A stretch of 64,000 bases of DNA. Origin: Bacteroidales bacterium. GTDB lineage: Bacteria > Bacteroidota > Bacteroidia > Bacteroidales > ML635J-15. Positions 20,419 through 31,199 of the stretch are shown piece by piece. The translations under genes and the position numbers were made by a program. The notes beneath the pieces are model-generated. The model ran no database searches, had not been told where the DNA came from, and saw only the letters and a program-made list of their open reading frames with translations. The DNA is taken from contig JAISPG010000042.1 of the NCBI GenBank assembly GCA_031275085.1, positions 92,683-156,682 on the forward strand, given 5' to 3'. How positions within the stretch are numbered: position 1 is the first letter of the stretch; each line of letters opens with the position of its first letter.

Positions 20419-21536
20419 TTTTTCTTATTCATTGTTGCAAGCATGTAGACTTCTTTTGCTATTATCTCAGCTGAATTATGTAAGGCAAACTTTTTAGCAT
20501 TTTCGCTAAGGATTTGCTGTTTTTCTTTATTGTTTATTAATTCGATTGCAGCAGGGATTAATTTTTCAATTGCTTCACTATCAACTACCATTAAAGCAGC
20601 ATCCTGGCTTGTTAATGCCATTGCATTCTTTGTCTGGTGATCTTCTGAAACATTCGGAGACGGAACAAATATTGCAGGTTTTCCAACAATTGCAAGTTCT
20701 GAAATGGTACTTGCACCGGCGCGTGAAATTATAATATCTGCTGCAGAGTAAGCATAATCCATTTTATATATAAAGTCGCTTACGAAAATATTTTTTGTAT
20801 CTGTTTTTTTAATGTCTTGTTTTGCTGTTTCTATATATGTTTTACCTGTTTGCCAAATTAATTGTATATCGTTATCAATTATCAGGTTCAGGTTTTTTGA
20901 TATGCTTTGATTTATTGTTCTTGCCCCTAAACTTCCGCCAACTACCAGGATTGTGGGTTTATTTTCGGAAAGTTTGAAATATTCAAATGCTTCTCTGCGT
21001 TTTTCTTCAAGTTCTGTTATATCCTGTCTTACCGGATTACCTGTTTTTAGTATTTTTTCAGCAGGAAAGAATTTTTCCATATTATCATAAGCAACGCATA
21101 TTTTAGCTGACTTTTTAGCCAGTAGCTTGTTAGTTATTCCCGGAAAAGAATTTTGTTCTTGTATCAGGCATGGGATATTTAAATTACATGCTGCTCTTAA
21201 TGCCGGTCCGCTTGCATAACCACCAACGCCAACAACAACATCGGGATTGAATTCTTTTATTATCCTTTTAGCTTTTCTGAGGCTTTTCATTAATTTGAAA
21301 ATGAAAGTAAAACTTTCTTTTGATAGTTTTCTTTTCATGCCTATTACCGGTAACCCAACTATCTTATATCCGGCAGCAGGAACTTTCTCCATTTCCATAC
21401 GACCTTCTGCGCCAATAAACAGAATTTCAACATCCGGATATAATTTTTTCAAAGCATTTGCAATTGAAACTGCCGGGAATATATGTCCTCCGGTTCCACC
21501 TCCGCTTATTATTACTTTGAATTTTTTATCTTTCAT
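20415..21536 (-). CDS. murG: UDP-GlcNAc:undecaprenyl-PP-MurNAc-pentapeptide GlcNAc transferase
   Basis: The G-loop ISGGGTGGHIFPA is present. Confidence 0.92.
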   Translation of the reverse strand: MKDKKFKVIISGGGTGGHIFPAVSIANALKKLYPDVEILFIGAEGRMEMEKVPAAGYKIVGLPVIGMKRKLSKESFTFIFKLMKSLRKAKRIIKEFNPDVVVGVGGYASGPALRAACNLNIPCLIQEQNSFPGITNKLLAKKSAKICVAYDNMEKFFPAEKILKTGNPVRQDITELEEKRREAFEYFKLSENKPTILVVGGSLGARTINQSISKNLNLIIDNDIQLIWQTGKTYIETAKQDIKKTDTKNIFVSDFIYKMDYAYSAADIIISRAGASTISELAIVGKPAIFVPSPNVSEDHQTKNAMALTSQDAALMVVDSEAIEKLIPAAIELINNKEKQQILSENAKKFALHNSAEIIAKEVYMLATMNKKK

Positions 21537-21570
21537 ATTATATTATTATATTAAGTTCCGTAAATTAACA

Positions 21571-22791
21571 CTATATAGTGTTAATTTCAAGTTCTTCTGT
21601 TTTGCCAACTTCCGTTATGTCTGTTTCTTCATTTTGGTTTTGCATGGCTTTTTCTTCTTTTGCTACTTCGCGGCTTACACTCAGAATTATCCCGAAAGCT
21701 ATACTTGTAAAAACTATTGATGTTCCTCCTAAACTCACAAATGGTAATGTTTGTCCTGTAACCGGAAAAATGCCGGTTGCAACAGCCATATTTGATAAGG
21801 CTTGTAATGTAATTAATGTTGCAAGGCTGATTGTTGAATAAATAGCGAATTTCCTGTTTGCTTTTCTCACTATTCTTATTGCAAGGACAAAGAGATATAA
21901 ATAGCATCCAAGTAAAGGAATTGCTCCAAATATAACCCCAAGTTCTTCAACTATTATTGCAAAAATATAATCGGAATAGGGGTGAGGTAGTATATTTTTT
22001 TGTATGGAATGTCCTAATCCGCGACCAAATAGGCCTCCTGTTGATACAGCTATTTTTGAATGAGTTTCCTGAAGATTTTCTTTATAATTTTCAATTTTAT
22101 CTTTCATGAAAAAACTTTCGATCCTGCTTTTCCATGTATCGGAACGTCCAAAATTAACTCCTGCGAATATTAATGCAATTAAAATACCTCCGCCGACAAG
22201 AACTATCCCGAGCATATTTGCAAAATATCTGAATTTCATGTTACTCATAAATACAAGCAACATACATACACCGAACAATAATACCGTAGTTGATAAACCT
22301 GCCGGCAGAATTAAACCGCATGTTATCACAATAGGAAGGAATACCAGTTTCATAGAACCTTTGAGTGTATTTATCTCATCTTCTTTTTGTGCAAGAACTT
22401 TTGAAAGATAAACCAATAAGGCTATTTTGGCAAAATCGGAAGTTTGGAAAGTAATACCTCCGGGAAGCATTATCCATCTTTTTGCATCATTGACATCGGC
22501 ACCCCAAATTAATGTGAAAACCAGTAGTATTATCGATACATACCAAAAGAATAAAGAAAATTTGCTAAAATATTTGTATGGAATTTTATGTACAATTATT
22601 ATTGTAAAAACACCAAGTAAAAGAAATATTGTTTGTTTTATAAGGAATCGCGTAGTATTACCGTCAAGTTTCCCGAATGCAAGTTGGGCGGAAGCACTGT
22701 ATACAGCAAATTCAGAAAAAATAAACAGGAACATTATTATTACCCATATTCCTTTATTTCCCTGAAAGATATTTGTTATTTTTAAAGCCAT
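21571..22791 (-). CDS. ftsW: SEDS-family peptidoglycan polymerase FtsW
   Basis: It is a polytopic membrane protein. The FtsW/RodA C-terminal motif SLGGTSI is present, and the gene lies between murD and murG. Confidence 0.88.
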   Translation of the reverse strand: MALKITNIFQGNKGIWVIIMFLFIFSEFAVYSASAQLAFGKLDGNTTRFLIKQTIFLLLGVFTIIIVHKIPYKYFSKFSLFFWYVSIILLVFTLIWGADVNDAKRWIMLPGGITFQTSDFAKIALLVYLSKVLAQKEDEINTLKGSMKLVFLPIVITCGLILPAGLSTTVLLFGVCMLLVFMSNMKFRYFANMLGIVLVGGGILIALIFAGVNFGRSDTWKSRIESFFMKDKIENYKENLQETHSKIAVSTGGLFGRGLGHSIQKNILPHPYSDYIFAIIVEELGVIFGAIPLLGCYLYLFVLAIRIVRKANRKFAIYSTISLATLITLQALSNMAVATGIFPVTGQTLPFVSLGGTSIVFTSIAFGIILSVSREVAKEEKAMQNQNEETDITEVGKTEELEINTI

Positions 22792-22853
22792 TATTAAGTT
22801 AAAAGTATCTAGTTGTTTAATACATAATTTTTAATTCTTCATTTTTCATTCAA
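22792..22853 (-). promoter_or_regulatory. murD-ftsW intergenic element sharing GAAGAATTAAAAATTA and TAGRTACTTWTAAC motifs with the ftsA-ftsZ spacer
   Basis: The motifs are read directly from the sequence and compared with 16804-16918. Confidence 0.35.
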
Positions 22854-24203
22854 TTAAAGACTTCTTACAGCAATTTTAAATTGAGTTCCCCTGTCTTCAT
22901 AATTATCAAAAAGGTCAAAACTTGCACAAGCCGGAGATAATAAGACCGTATCATTTTGTTTTCCAAGTTTATAAGCCATAATTACAGCATCCTGCATGTT
23001 TTGAGTATCAACAATTTTTGGAACTATACCTTCAAAAGCTTTATGTATTGCAGAGTTATCCACACCAAGGCATATTATTGCCTTTACTTTTTCGGCAACA
23101 AGTTCTTTTAATATACTGTAATCATTACCTTTGTCGATTCCGCCGGCAATCCATATTACGGGACCATCAACAGATTCCAGTGCATACCATGCCGAATTTA
23201 CATTAGTTGCTTTTGAATCATTTATAAATTTTATTCCGCAAACGCTGATAACATTTTCCAGCCTGTGTTCAACATTACGAAAATCCATCAGGCTTTCTCT
23301 GATAACATCTTTTCTTATTTTTAATACTTCTGCGACAATCCCTGCTGCCATGGAATTATAAACATTATGTTTTCCTTTGATTGCGATGTCTTGAATTTGC
23401 ATAATCATTTGTTGTTTATTGTTTTGTATGTAATTTATTTCATTTTTTATTTTATCAAGATAAGCTCCGTTTTCAACCCGGTCTTTTGTTTGGGTGAATT
23501 CATATAAAGAAGCATTTATTTCACGTTCTGCTATTTCTTTAATTATTGTTTCATCATCAGAACAATAAATGAAAGTATCGTTTTTTGTAGTGTTTTGCAG
23601 TATTTTAAATTTTGAATCAACATAATTTTGAAATTTATAATCATATCTATCCAAATGGTCGGGAGTAATATTCATTAATACTGATAATTCACTTTTAAAT
23701 TCATACATATTATCTAATTGAAAACTGCTGAGTTCAATTACATAATAATCATGATCCGAAGTTGCAACCTGATATGCAAAACTTTGTCCGATATTCCCTG
23801 CTAATCCGACATTTAATCCTGCTTTTTGCAAAATGTGGTAAGTCAGCATTGTTGTGGTTGTTTTTCCGTTACTTCCGGTTATACATATTTTTACAGCATT
23901 GGTATATCTGGCTGCAAATTCTATTTCGGAAATTATAGGAATCCGGAGTTCTTTTAATTTTTTTATTATTGGTGCAGTATCGGGGATTCCGGGACTTTTT
24001 ATTATTTCATGTGCATTTAAGATATAGGCTTCACTATGAGTATTTTCTTCATATTGGACATTATATTCCTTTAGTATTTTTTTGTATTTGTCGTCGATAG
24101 TCCCTTTATCGGAAACAAATACATCAAAGTTATTTACTGCTGCCAGAACTGCTGCACCTGTTCCGCTTTCGCCTGAGCCTAATACCACTATTCTTTTTTC
24201 CAT
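22854..24203 (-). CDS. murD: UDP-N-acetylmuramoyl-L-alanine--D-glutamate ligase
   Basis: The P-loop ITGSNGKTTTT is present, and the gene sits in the dcw cluster. Confidence 0.9.
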   Translation of the reverse strand: MEKRIVVLGSGESGTGAAVLAAVNNFDVFVSDKGTIDDKYKKILKEYNVQYEENTHSEAYILNAHEIIKSPGIPDTAPIIKKLKELRIPIISEIEFAARYTNAVKICITGSNGKTTTTMLTYHILQKAGLNVGLAGNIGQSFAYQVATSDHDYYVIELSSFQLDNMYEFKSELSVLMNITPDHLDRYDYKFQNYVDSKFKILQNTTKNDTFIYCSDDETIIKEIAEREINASLYEFTQTKDRVENGAYLDKIKNEINYIQNNKQQMIMQIQDIAIKGKHNVYNSMAAGIVAEVLKIRKDVIRESLMDFRNVEHRLENVISVCGIKFINDSKATNVNSAWYALESVDGPVIWIAGGIDKGNDYSILKELVAEKVKAIICLGVDNSAIHKAFEGIVPKIVDTQNMQDAVIMAYKLGKQNDTVLLSPACASFDLFDNYEDRGTQFKIAVRSL

Positions 24204-24207
24204 TTTT

Positions 24208-25449
24208 TTATCTTAATTTCAGGGTTGCAATTGAAACAGCAGCAAGTAATAATGTTACTATCCAAAATCTGACTACAATCTTAGGTTCAGGAAATCCTTT
24301 TTTCTGATAATGGTGATGTAACGGCGACATTAGAAATATTCGCCGTCCCTCTCCGAATTTCTTTTTTGTGTATTTAAAGTAAGATACTTGTAATATCACA
24401 GAAATGCTTTCTGCAAGAAATACTCCACATAATATAGGAAGCAACAACTCTTTTTTGATTATTATTGCAAATACTGCTATAATGCCACCTATGGTCAGAC
24501 TACCGGTATCGCCCATAAATATCTGTGCAGGATATGAGTTATACCATAAAAAGCCTATTGCGGCGCCAATAAAAGCAGTCATATATATTGTTAATTCGCC
24601 GGTATTCGGTATATACATAATATTAAGATAATCCGCAGCAATACGGTTACCTGATACATAAGCCAGAATACCTAAAGTAACCCCCATTATTGCAGAGGTT
24701 CCTGTTGCCAATCCATCGAGACCATCCGTGAGGTTGGCCCCGTTTGATACGGCAGTTACAATTAGTATAGTTACAATTATGAATATAAGCCATCCGGCAG
24801 TTTCTGCTTTATCACCCAAAAACCAAACTATTTTAGAATAGTCTAGTTCGTTATTTTTGAAGAATGGGATAGTTGTTTTTGTAGATTTGACATCCATGTA
24901 TTCAACTGTTCCGGTACAATTTACATTGTCTACAACTTCAACAACTTTGCAGTTCGGATCACCCTCTGTTTTTACCCGTATAACGACATCCGACGAAAAG
25001 TAAAGAATTCCGCCAACCATAAAACCCAGGATAATTTGTCCTAATATTTTAAATTTTCCGGGAAGTCCCTCTTTATTTTTCTTTTTTATTTTTAGATAAT
25101 CATCCATAAAACCCAGGAATCCTAGCCAGATAGTTGTGACAAGCATAAGTATTATATAGATGTTATCGAGTCTTGCAAACAAAAGTGTCGGAATTACTAT
25201 AGATAAAATAATAATAATCCCTCCCATGGTTGGAGTTCCGCGTTTTTGCATCTGACCTTCGAGGTCAAGATCACGTATTTCTTCACCGATCTGCTTCCTT
25301 TGTAAAAATCTTATGATTTTTTTTCCAAAAAATATTCCTATTATTAAGGAAGTGATAAAAGACATAACAGCACGAAATGTAATGTACTGAAAAACTCCTG
25401 CTCCCGGAAAGCCTAATTCTTGTAAATATTGAAATAAATAATATAACAT
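24208..25449 (-). CDS. mraY: Phospho-N-acetylmuramoyl-pentapeptide transferase
   Basis: The motifs [16 protein letters not shown] and HHH (PLHHH) are present. It carries the roughly 60-aa loop insertion typical of Bacteroidota. Confidence 0.93.
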   Translation of the reverse strand: MLYYLFQYLQELGFPGAGVFQYITFRAVMSFITSLIIGIFFGKKIIRFLQRKQIGEEIRDLDLEGQMQKRGTPTMGGIIIILSIVIPTLLFARLDNIYIILMLVTTIWLGFLGFMDDYLKIKKKNKEGLPGKFKILGQIILGFMVGGILYFSSDVVIRVKTEGDPNCKVVEVVDNVNCTGTVEYMDVKSTKTTIPFFKNNELDYSKIVWFLGDKAETAGWLIFIIVTILIVTAVSNGANLTDGLDGLATGTSAIMGVTLGILAYVSGNRIAADYLNIMYIPNTGELTIYMTAFIGAAIGFLWYNSYPAQIFMGDTGSLTIGGIIAVFAIIIKKELLLPILCGVFLAESISVILQVSYFKYTKKKFGEGRRIFLMSPLHHHYQKKGFPEPKIVVRFWIVTLLLAAVSIATLKLR

Positions 25450-26909
25450 TACTTTAATTCTTTAAATGCATTAATAATAATTTCCTTATCATCGAAATGA
25501 TGTTTTACACCGTTTATTTCCTGATATTTTTCATGCCCTTTTCCTGCAATCAGAATAATATCATCTGTTTTGGCAAGCATACATGCAGTGCGTATAGCTT
25601 CTTCGCGGTTTGATATCCTGAGCATTTTCTTCTTTTGTATTACATTTACACCTTCTTGCATATCGTTTAAGATTGCTTCAGGGTCTTCTGTTCTTGGATT
25701 GTCGGATGTTAAAATTAATTTATCACTTAATTCAGCAGCAATTGAAGCCATTTCAGGACGTTTTGTCTTATCTCTGTCTCCACCGGCTCCTACAACAGTT
25801 ATTAATTGTCCTGATCCGTTGCGGATAGCATTTATTGTACTGATTACATTTTCCAATGCATCGGGAGTATGGGCATAATCTACAATTGCTGTGATACCTG
25901 TTCCGGAATGTATTGTCTCAAATCTGCCTTCTACCGGTTTCAGCTGAGTTAATGCCAATAATACTTCATCTTCATTAAATCCGCATAATATTGTAGTAGC
26001 ATAGACTGCAAGAAGATTATATGCATTGAATTTTCCAATGAAATTTGTCCAGATTTCAGAATTATTCATTTTTAAAAGCATTCCGTCAAAATGACTTTCA
26101 AGTATTTTTATCTTGAAATCCGATGCGGAACGAAGTGAATAGCTGTATTTACGTGCTTTAGTGTTTTGTATTATTATGTCTCCGTTTTTATCATCTATGT
26201 TTGTCAGAGCAAAAGCTTCTTTTGGTAATTGGTCAAAAAACAATTGTTTTGCTTTTATATACTCTTTAAACGTTTTATGAAAATCAAGATGATCATGGGT
26301 TATATTTGTGAATACTCCTCCTGCAAAGGTTAATCCGGCAATTCTGTTTTGTACTGTTGAGTGGGAGCTTACTTCCATAAAACAATAATCACATCCCGTA
26401 TCTACCATTTCATTCAGATAATAATTAAGTTGGATTGGGTCAGGAGTGGTATGTGTTGCTGTAACAGAAGTATTTTCTATCATTATTTGAATTGTGGAAA
26501 TCAATCCGGATTTGTATCCTAATTTTCGTACAAGATTAAAAAGAGTAGTTGCTATTGTAGTTTTTCCATTAGTTCCGGTAATACCTATTAATTTTAGTTT
26601 TCTTGACGGATTCCCATAATATTCCGATGAGATTATACCTAGTGTTTTTGATGAACTTTCAACAACGATATAATTAGTTTCATCATTTATATCAGAAGGG
26701 AGGGTTTCACATATAATAGTTTTTGCTCCTTTGTGTACTGCTATATCAATAAATTTATGTCCGTCGGAAACAGTTCCCGGGATAGCAACAAAAATATCTC
26801 CTTCGCTTATTTTTCTGGAGTCAAATTCTATCTTATTAATATCCACATTATTGTTATGGATAAATTCTTTGAACGAAATAACATTTTTTAGATCATTTAT
26901 TTTCATCAT
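25449..26909 (-). CDS. murE: UDP-MurNAc-L-Ala-D-Glu--2,6-diaminopimelate ligase
   Basis: The P-loop [10 protein letters not shown] and a DNPR motif near the C-terminus are present. Confidence 0.9.
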   Translation of the reverse strand: MMKINDLKNVISFKEFIHNNNVDINKIEFDSRKISEGDIFVAIPGTVSDGHKFIDIAVHKGAKTIICETLPSDINDETNYIVVESSSKTLGIISSEYYGNPSRKLKLIGITGTNGKTTIATTLFNLVRKLGYKSGLISTIQIMIENTSVTATHTTPDPIQLNYYLNEMVDTGCDYCFMEVSSHSTVQNRIAGLTFAGGVFTNITHDHLDFHKTFKEYIKAKQLFFDQLPKEAFALTNIDDKNGDIIIQNTKARKYSYSLRSASDFKIKILESHFDGMLLKMNNSEIWTNFIGKFNAYNLLAVYATTILCGFNEDEVLLALTQLKPVEGRFETIHSGTGITAIVDYAHTPDALENVISTINAIRNGSGQLITVVGAGGDRDKTKRPEMASIAAELSDKLILTSDNPRTEDPEAILNDMQEGVNVIQKKKMLRISNREEAIRTACMLAKTDDIILIAGKGHEKYQEINGVKHHFDDKEIIINAFKELK

Positions 26910-29059
26910 CCCAATATTATTACTATATCATCACCTTTTCTGTAATGGTTCCCCTGACCTGGAACCTGACGTGTAACTCTTCCACGTCCCGAAACTTTTA
27001 CATTAAGTCCTGCATTTTCCAGAATTACAATTGCATCTTTTAAACCCATTCCTATAACATTTGGAACTCTGGTATCATCACTGAAATTTATAGGTTTATA
27101 GATTACTTTTTCATTATCAATGGTAGGGATTATCCATTCGGTTTGTCCTAAACTATTTATATTTGTATTGTAATTCAGCCATTTATAAACAATATCAGTT
27201 TCTTTTTTACATCCTTTTTTTGCCAGTGGAATTGTTGGAACGTCATGAATTGTAGTGTCTGCCTTATGAAAATTCGGATCGGTTGAATATATTCTGTCGG
27301 CAATCTCTTTAAATACCGGTCCGGCAACTACATTTCCATAAAACCCTTTTCTGTTGGGTCTGTAAACAGAAACTATGCATGTGTATTTCGGATCGTCAGC
27401 AGGGAAATATCCGACAAATGAAGCATGATATTCTATTCCTAATGTGTCGTTACCATAATTCATCTGGGCTGTACCGGTTTTTCCGGCTATTTTATAGTTG
27501 CTGTTTTTTATATTTTTTGCTGTACCGTTTTCAACAACACCTTCAAGCATTTCTTTTATTATTTCAATAGTTTTGGGAGAACATATTTGTGGGTCGATTA
27601 CTTCAGGCTCAAAAATTTTCTGGATTTTTCCTCTGTACGAAAGAGCTTCTGCAAATATTGGACGCATCATCTTACCGTTGTTTGCAATTGCATTATATAG
27701 AGTAAGTATCTGCAAAGGTGAGATCTGTAATTCATAACCAATCGACATTTGAGTTAAAGAAAGTCCGGACCATACTCCTTTTTCATTAGGATGGTGAATT
27801 ACAGGAATTGCTTCTCCTTTGATCACAACTCCAAGAGGTTCATGTAAGTGTAACCTGTACAGACCTTCCACATATTTATCCGGTTGATGTTTGTAGTTTT
27901 CATTTATTATTTTTGACAGACCTACATTTGAGGATACTTCAAATGCTTCTTTGAGGGTGATCGTGCCGTATCCGCCAACTTTTGTGTCTTTCATTGCTTT
28001 TCCATAATATTTTATTACACCGTTTCCTGTTTCCACCATTTGGTCGGGTGTAACATATCCGTCTTCCAGAGCCACAAGCATTGAAGCCAGTTTAAATGTT
28101 GAACCGGGATCTGTGGCTTCTCCTACGGCATAATTTAAAGTTTCCTGATAGGAATATTGAATGTTTCCTTCTTCATCTTTAACCGGATTTCCGTTTTTGT
28201 CCCTGAGTATTTTTCTTTCAAGATTGGCAATTGCACGTATTTTTCCGGTTTCGACTTCCATAACTACAGCAGTTCCGTATTTGGCATTATGTTTGCGAAG
28301 TTGATTTTCAAGTGCGGTTTCCGTAACATCCTGTATGCTTACATCTATTGTTGATATAAGGTCCATTCCGTCGATGGGCTTTACTGTCTGTGCATTTTCA
28401 ACCGGCATCCATAAGCTTCCGGAGATCCTTTCTTTTACCGTATAGCCAACTTGTCCGCCTAATTCATTGTTAAAAGCAGCTTCAAGACCTACATTTCCTA
28501 CTTTGTTCGGATTAAGGCTGCCGATTGTTCTTGATGCAAGGATTCCACAAGGTTTTTGTCTTGTAAAAGTTTTTGCATAGACAAAACCTCCTTTTAAACG
28601 ACCTTTTCTTAGCAGGGGACATTGTTCGAGTTTTTTAAACTGGCTGAAACTTGCTTTATAGTTTATTCTGTAATATCGTGAACCTTTGTCACGTGATGCC
28701 ATTAACTCCTGTTTATATTTTTCTTTGGTTTTGTGTGGAAAAATTTCACAAAGACAAATAGCCAGAGAGTCGACATTATCGTTAAAGACTTCCTGAGTTA
28801 TTGCCTCACAATTTAAATCAACTCCTACTTCATATCTGGCTACAGATGTTGCCATAAGTTTTCCGTCGCTTGAATAAATATCTCCCCTTGTAGGTTCGAT
28901 TCGTGCTTCAATAATGGTTGAACCCAGAGCTTCGGCAAAGTTTTCTTTATCGTAAAAAAATTGTAGATAGACAATTTTAACAATTATGGAAATTCCGAAT
29001 ATAACCATACAAATGTACAGGAATACCATTTTTACCATTATGTTACTATTATCTTTCAT
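26906..29059 (-). CDS. ftsI: Division-specific class B penicillin-binding protein (FtsI/PBP3-like) with C-terminal PASTA domain
   Basis: The transpeptidase motifs STFK, SSN and KTGT are present, along with a C-terminal PASTA (VPNVIGMGLKDAIVILENAGL). Confidence 0.9.
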   Translation of the reverse strand: MKDNSNIMVKMVFLYICMVIFGISIIVKIVYLQFFYDKENFAEALGSTIIEARIEPTRGDIYSSDGKLMATSVARYEVGVDLNCEAITQEVFNDNVDSLAICLCEIFPHKTKEKYKQELMASRDKGSRYYRINYKASFSQFKKLEQCPLLRKGRLKGGFVYAKTFTRQKPCGILASRTIGSLNPNKVGNVGLEAAFNNELGGQVGYTVKERISGSLWMPVENAQTVKPIDGMDLISTIDVSIQDVTETALENQLRKHNAKYGTAVVMEVETGKIRAIANLERKILRDKNGNPVKDEEGNIQYSYQETLNYAVGEATDPGSTFKLASMLVALEDGYVTPDQMVETGNGVIKYYGKAMKDTKVGGYGTITLKEAFEVSSNVGLSKIINENYKHQPDKYVEGLYRLHLHEPLGVVIKGEAIPVIHHPNEKGVWSGLSLTQMSIGYELQISPLQILTLYNAIANNGKMMRPIFAEALSYRGKIQKIFEPEVIDPQICSPKTIEIIKEMLEGVVENGTAKNIKNSNYKIAGKTGTAQMNYGNDTLGIEYHASFVGYFPADDPKYTCIVSVYRPNRKGFYGNVVAGPVFKEIADRIYSTDPNFHKADTTIHDVPTIPLAKKGCKKETDIVYKWLNYNTNINSLGQTEWIIPTIDNEKVIYKPINFSDDTRVPNVIGMGLKDAIVILENAGLNVKVSGRGRVTRQVPGQGNHYRKGDDIVIILG

Positions 29060-29411
29060 TTTCTTCGTAATAAGGAATTTTTTGTGGTGGTATTTTGGAA
29101 TTTTTTAGTGTAGAACCTTTGCTTTTCAAAAGATTTTGTACTTCAACAAGGCGACTTTTCTGCATCAGATTGTATTGTAATTCAATTTTTTCTGCTCTTA
29201 AGTCATCTATTTCTTTTGTTGTTTTTTCTGTTTCGCGGAAAACCTTTTCGGCATGATAAACATTTGAAATATAGACTAATCCTAATACAAAAATAAGTGC
29301 GATGAACCATATTTGTTTTTTTACAAAATCACTGGTAAGGATAGAACCATTTATCAACCCTATAAGAGTTGATCTGATATTTTTTTTCTTTATTTTTTTC
29401 TCCTTACTCAT
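29049..29411 (-). CDS. ftsL: Cell division protein FtsL-like
   Basis: It is a small single-TM coiled-coil protein between rsmH and ftsI. Confidence 0.6.
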   Translation of the reverse strand: MSKEKKIKKKNIRSTLIGLINGSILTSDFVKKQIWFIALIFVLGLVYISNVYHAEKVFRETEKTTKEIDDLRAEKIELQYNLMQKSRLVEVQNLLKSKGSTLKNSKIPPQKIPYYEENER

Positions 29412-30304
29412 ATTCTTTCGGCTATCCTTAGTTTTGCAGATTTTGCTCTTGAATTTTCAAGGATTTCATCTTCTGATGGTGTTATTATTTGTTTGTTTAT
29501 TGCTTTAAATATTGACTTTGTATTTCCAAAAAGATTTATTTCTTCAACAGGATTTGTCTTTCCGAATTTTATTAGATTTTTTACAGGTCTGTCTTCCAGT
29601 GAATGATATGAAATTACGGATAATCTTCCTCCGGTTTTTAATATTTCGGGAACTGAATTGAGAAAATCCAGAAGAGCATTCATTTCGTCATTGACCTCAA
29701 TTCTTAATGCCTGAAATACCTGTGCAAAATATTTTATTTGTTTTTGTTTTGGTGCAATGGGAGTAATCAGTTCAATAAATGTTTCTATATCATCAAACTT
29801 TGATATTGGACGATATTGAAGAATTAAATGGACAAGTTTTCCGGGGTTATTGATGTCGCTATAATTTTTAAATATATAATAAAGTTTTTCGTCTTCATAA
29901 GTATTTAAAATATCAGCAGCTGTGATCTCCTGGGAAGAATTCATACGCATATCCAGTTTTCCGCCAAGACGAAAGGAAAAACCTCTGTCCATAATGTCAA
30001 ATTGATAGGAAGAGACCCCAAGGTCTGCTAATATGCCATCAACATTTTCTATCTGATAATAATCAAGATAATTTTTAATAAATCTGAAATTTCCGTGAAT
30101 TAATTTGAACCTTTCGTCGTTTATGGTATTGTTGTGGGCATCTGTATCCTGATCAAACGCAAAAAGTTTTCCTTTTTTTGATAATCTTTTCAGTATTTCT
30201 GCTGAGTGTCCGCCGCCACCAAAAGTTACGTCAATATAAACGCCGGAAGGGTTTATGTTGAGGCCATCGACACTTTCTTGCAATAATACCGGTTTATGAT
30301 ACAT
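29408..30304 (-). CDS. rsmH: 16S rRNA (cytosine1402-N4)-methyltransferase
   Basis: The N-terminus YHKPVLLQESVDGL and the motifs DVTFGGGGHS and DLGVSS are present. Confidence 0.93.
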   Translation of the reverse strand: MYHKPVLLQESVDGLNINPSGVYIDVTFGGGGHSAEILKRLSKKGKLFAFDQDTDAHNNTINDERFKLIHGNFRFIKNYLDYYQIENVDGILADLGVSSYQFDIMDRGFSFRLGGKLDMRMNSSQEITAADILNTYEDEKLYYIFKNYSDINNPGKLVHLILQYRPISKFDDIETFIELITPIAPKQKQIKYFAQVFQALRIEVNDEMNALLDFLNSVPEILKTGGRLSVISYHSLEDRPVKNLIKFGKTNPVEEINLFGNTKSIFKAINKQIITPSEDEILENSRAKSAKLRIAERI

Positions 30305-30307
30305 ATT

Positions 30308-30775
30308 TTATTCTTCATTAAAAAATCCAAAATCTCCGCCTAAAATTTCGTTTGCCAGATTTGCAAAATCTTCGTTTTCAGGCTGTTTGTTTTCATATAC
30401 GTCTTTTTCCCAGATTTCAATTTTTCCTTCCTGTGCAGCAAATACCAGTTCTTTCCCTGTACCGATATATTCAAGAAGGCGTTTCGGGATTAATATTCTG
30501 TTACTGTTGTCCAGAAATATTTCTGCAGTTCCACGGTAGAATTCTCTTAAAAATTCTGCATGTTTTTTATTGAAAGGATTTAATCTTTTCTTTAATAAAC
30601 CTGTCTGGTGTTGCCATTCTTTTATAGGGTATAGCAGAAGGCATTTTTCGTAAATATCTCTTTTTATGACGAAAGAAGATTGCTGCTGTTCGGCAGGTAT
30701 CTGTCGCTTCAAAGGAGCCGGGAATATTACACGTCCTTTGTTGTCAAGCTTGCTGATGTATTCTCCTACAAACAT
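30308..30775 (-). CDS. mraZ: Transcriptional regulator MraZ
   Basis: It is the first gene of the dcw cluster. It has the duplicated DxxxR/MraZ fold (KLDNKGRVIFPA ... NSNRILIPKRL). Confidence 0.9.
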   Translation of the reverse strand: MFVGEYISKLDNKGRVIFPAPLKRQIPAEQQQSSFVIKRDIYEKCLLLYPIKEWQHQTGLLKKRLNPFNKKHAEFLREFYRGTAEIFLDNSNRILIPKRLLEYIGTGKELVFAAQEGKIEIWEKDVYENKQPENEDFANLANEILGGDFGFFNEE

Positions 30776-30817
30776 AATATCTTCTTTTCTATTTAAAATG
30801 TAAAAATATAATATAAT

Positions 30818-30860
30818 TTCCCACTTTCAAACATTTTTTACCATATTTTCCCACTTTGTT
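30818..30860 (-). promoter_or_regulatory. Putative MraZ operator: AAAGTGGGAA direct repeats in 10-bp register 45-82 nt upstream of mraZ
   Basis: The mraZ-sense strand reads AAAGTGGGAA-AATATGGTAA-AAAATGTTTG-AAAGTGGGAA. The outer copies are perfect and the inner ones degenerate. MraZ proteins are known to bind GTGGG-type direct repeats in their own promoters. Confidence 0.45.
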
Positions 30861-31115
30861 AATAACTTTTTTCTCTGCATTTTGTTTTGGAATCTTAATA
30901 TGCTGATTGTCAGTATATAATATTTTTATACTAAAAATGCAATTGTGAGTAATTTTTTGTTTACTAACCAGTTACGATTGTATAGTATACGAAGTTATTT
31001 ATAAAAGATGAGGCTATAAAAACAAAAAAAATCAGATAGCCTTTGAGCAAAACAAAAAGTTTATACTGAAATTATCAGAGAAAGCATATTTATGAATAAT
31101 TGAAAAATATATATA

Positions 31116-31164
31116 CAACAATGATCCTCAGCGAAATATGGTATTTCGCTGAGGATCATTGTTG
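31116..31164 (-). terminator. Strong hairpin (23-bp perfect stem, 3-nt loop) downstream of the flotillin gene, also insulating the dcw promoter
   Basis: The stem caacaatgatcctcagcgaaata / tatttcgctgaggatcattgttg is followed on the minus strand by tatatatatttttc. Confidence 0.65.
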
Positions 31165-31199
31165 TAATGGTAAAATAAAATTAGAAAACTTTTACGTTT

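Noticed and set aside
24208-25449. Extra ~60-aa segment in MraY ([28 protein letters not shown]...)
   Set aside because: A periplasmic insertion of this size is a normal feature of Bacteroidota MraY and is not novel.
15493-30775. Absence of murF, ddl, murB and ftsK from the dcw cluster
   Set aside because: The order mraZ-rsmH-ftsL-ftsI-murE-mraY-murD-ftsW-murG-murC-ftsQ-ftsA-ftsZ without murF, ddl or murB is the usual Bacteroidota arrangement. It is not a deletion.
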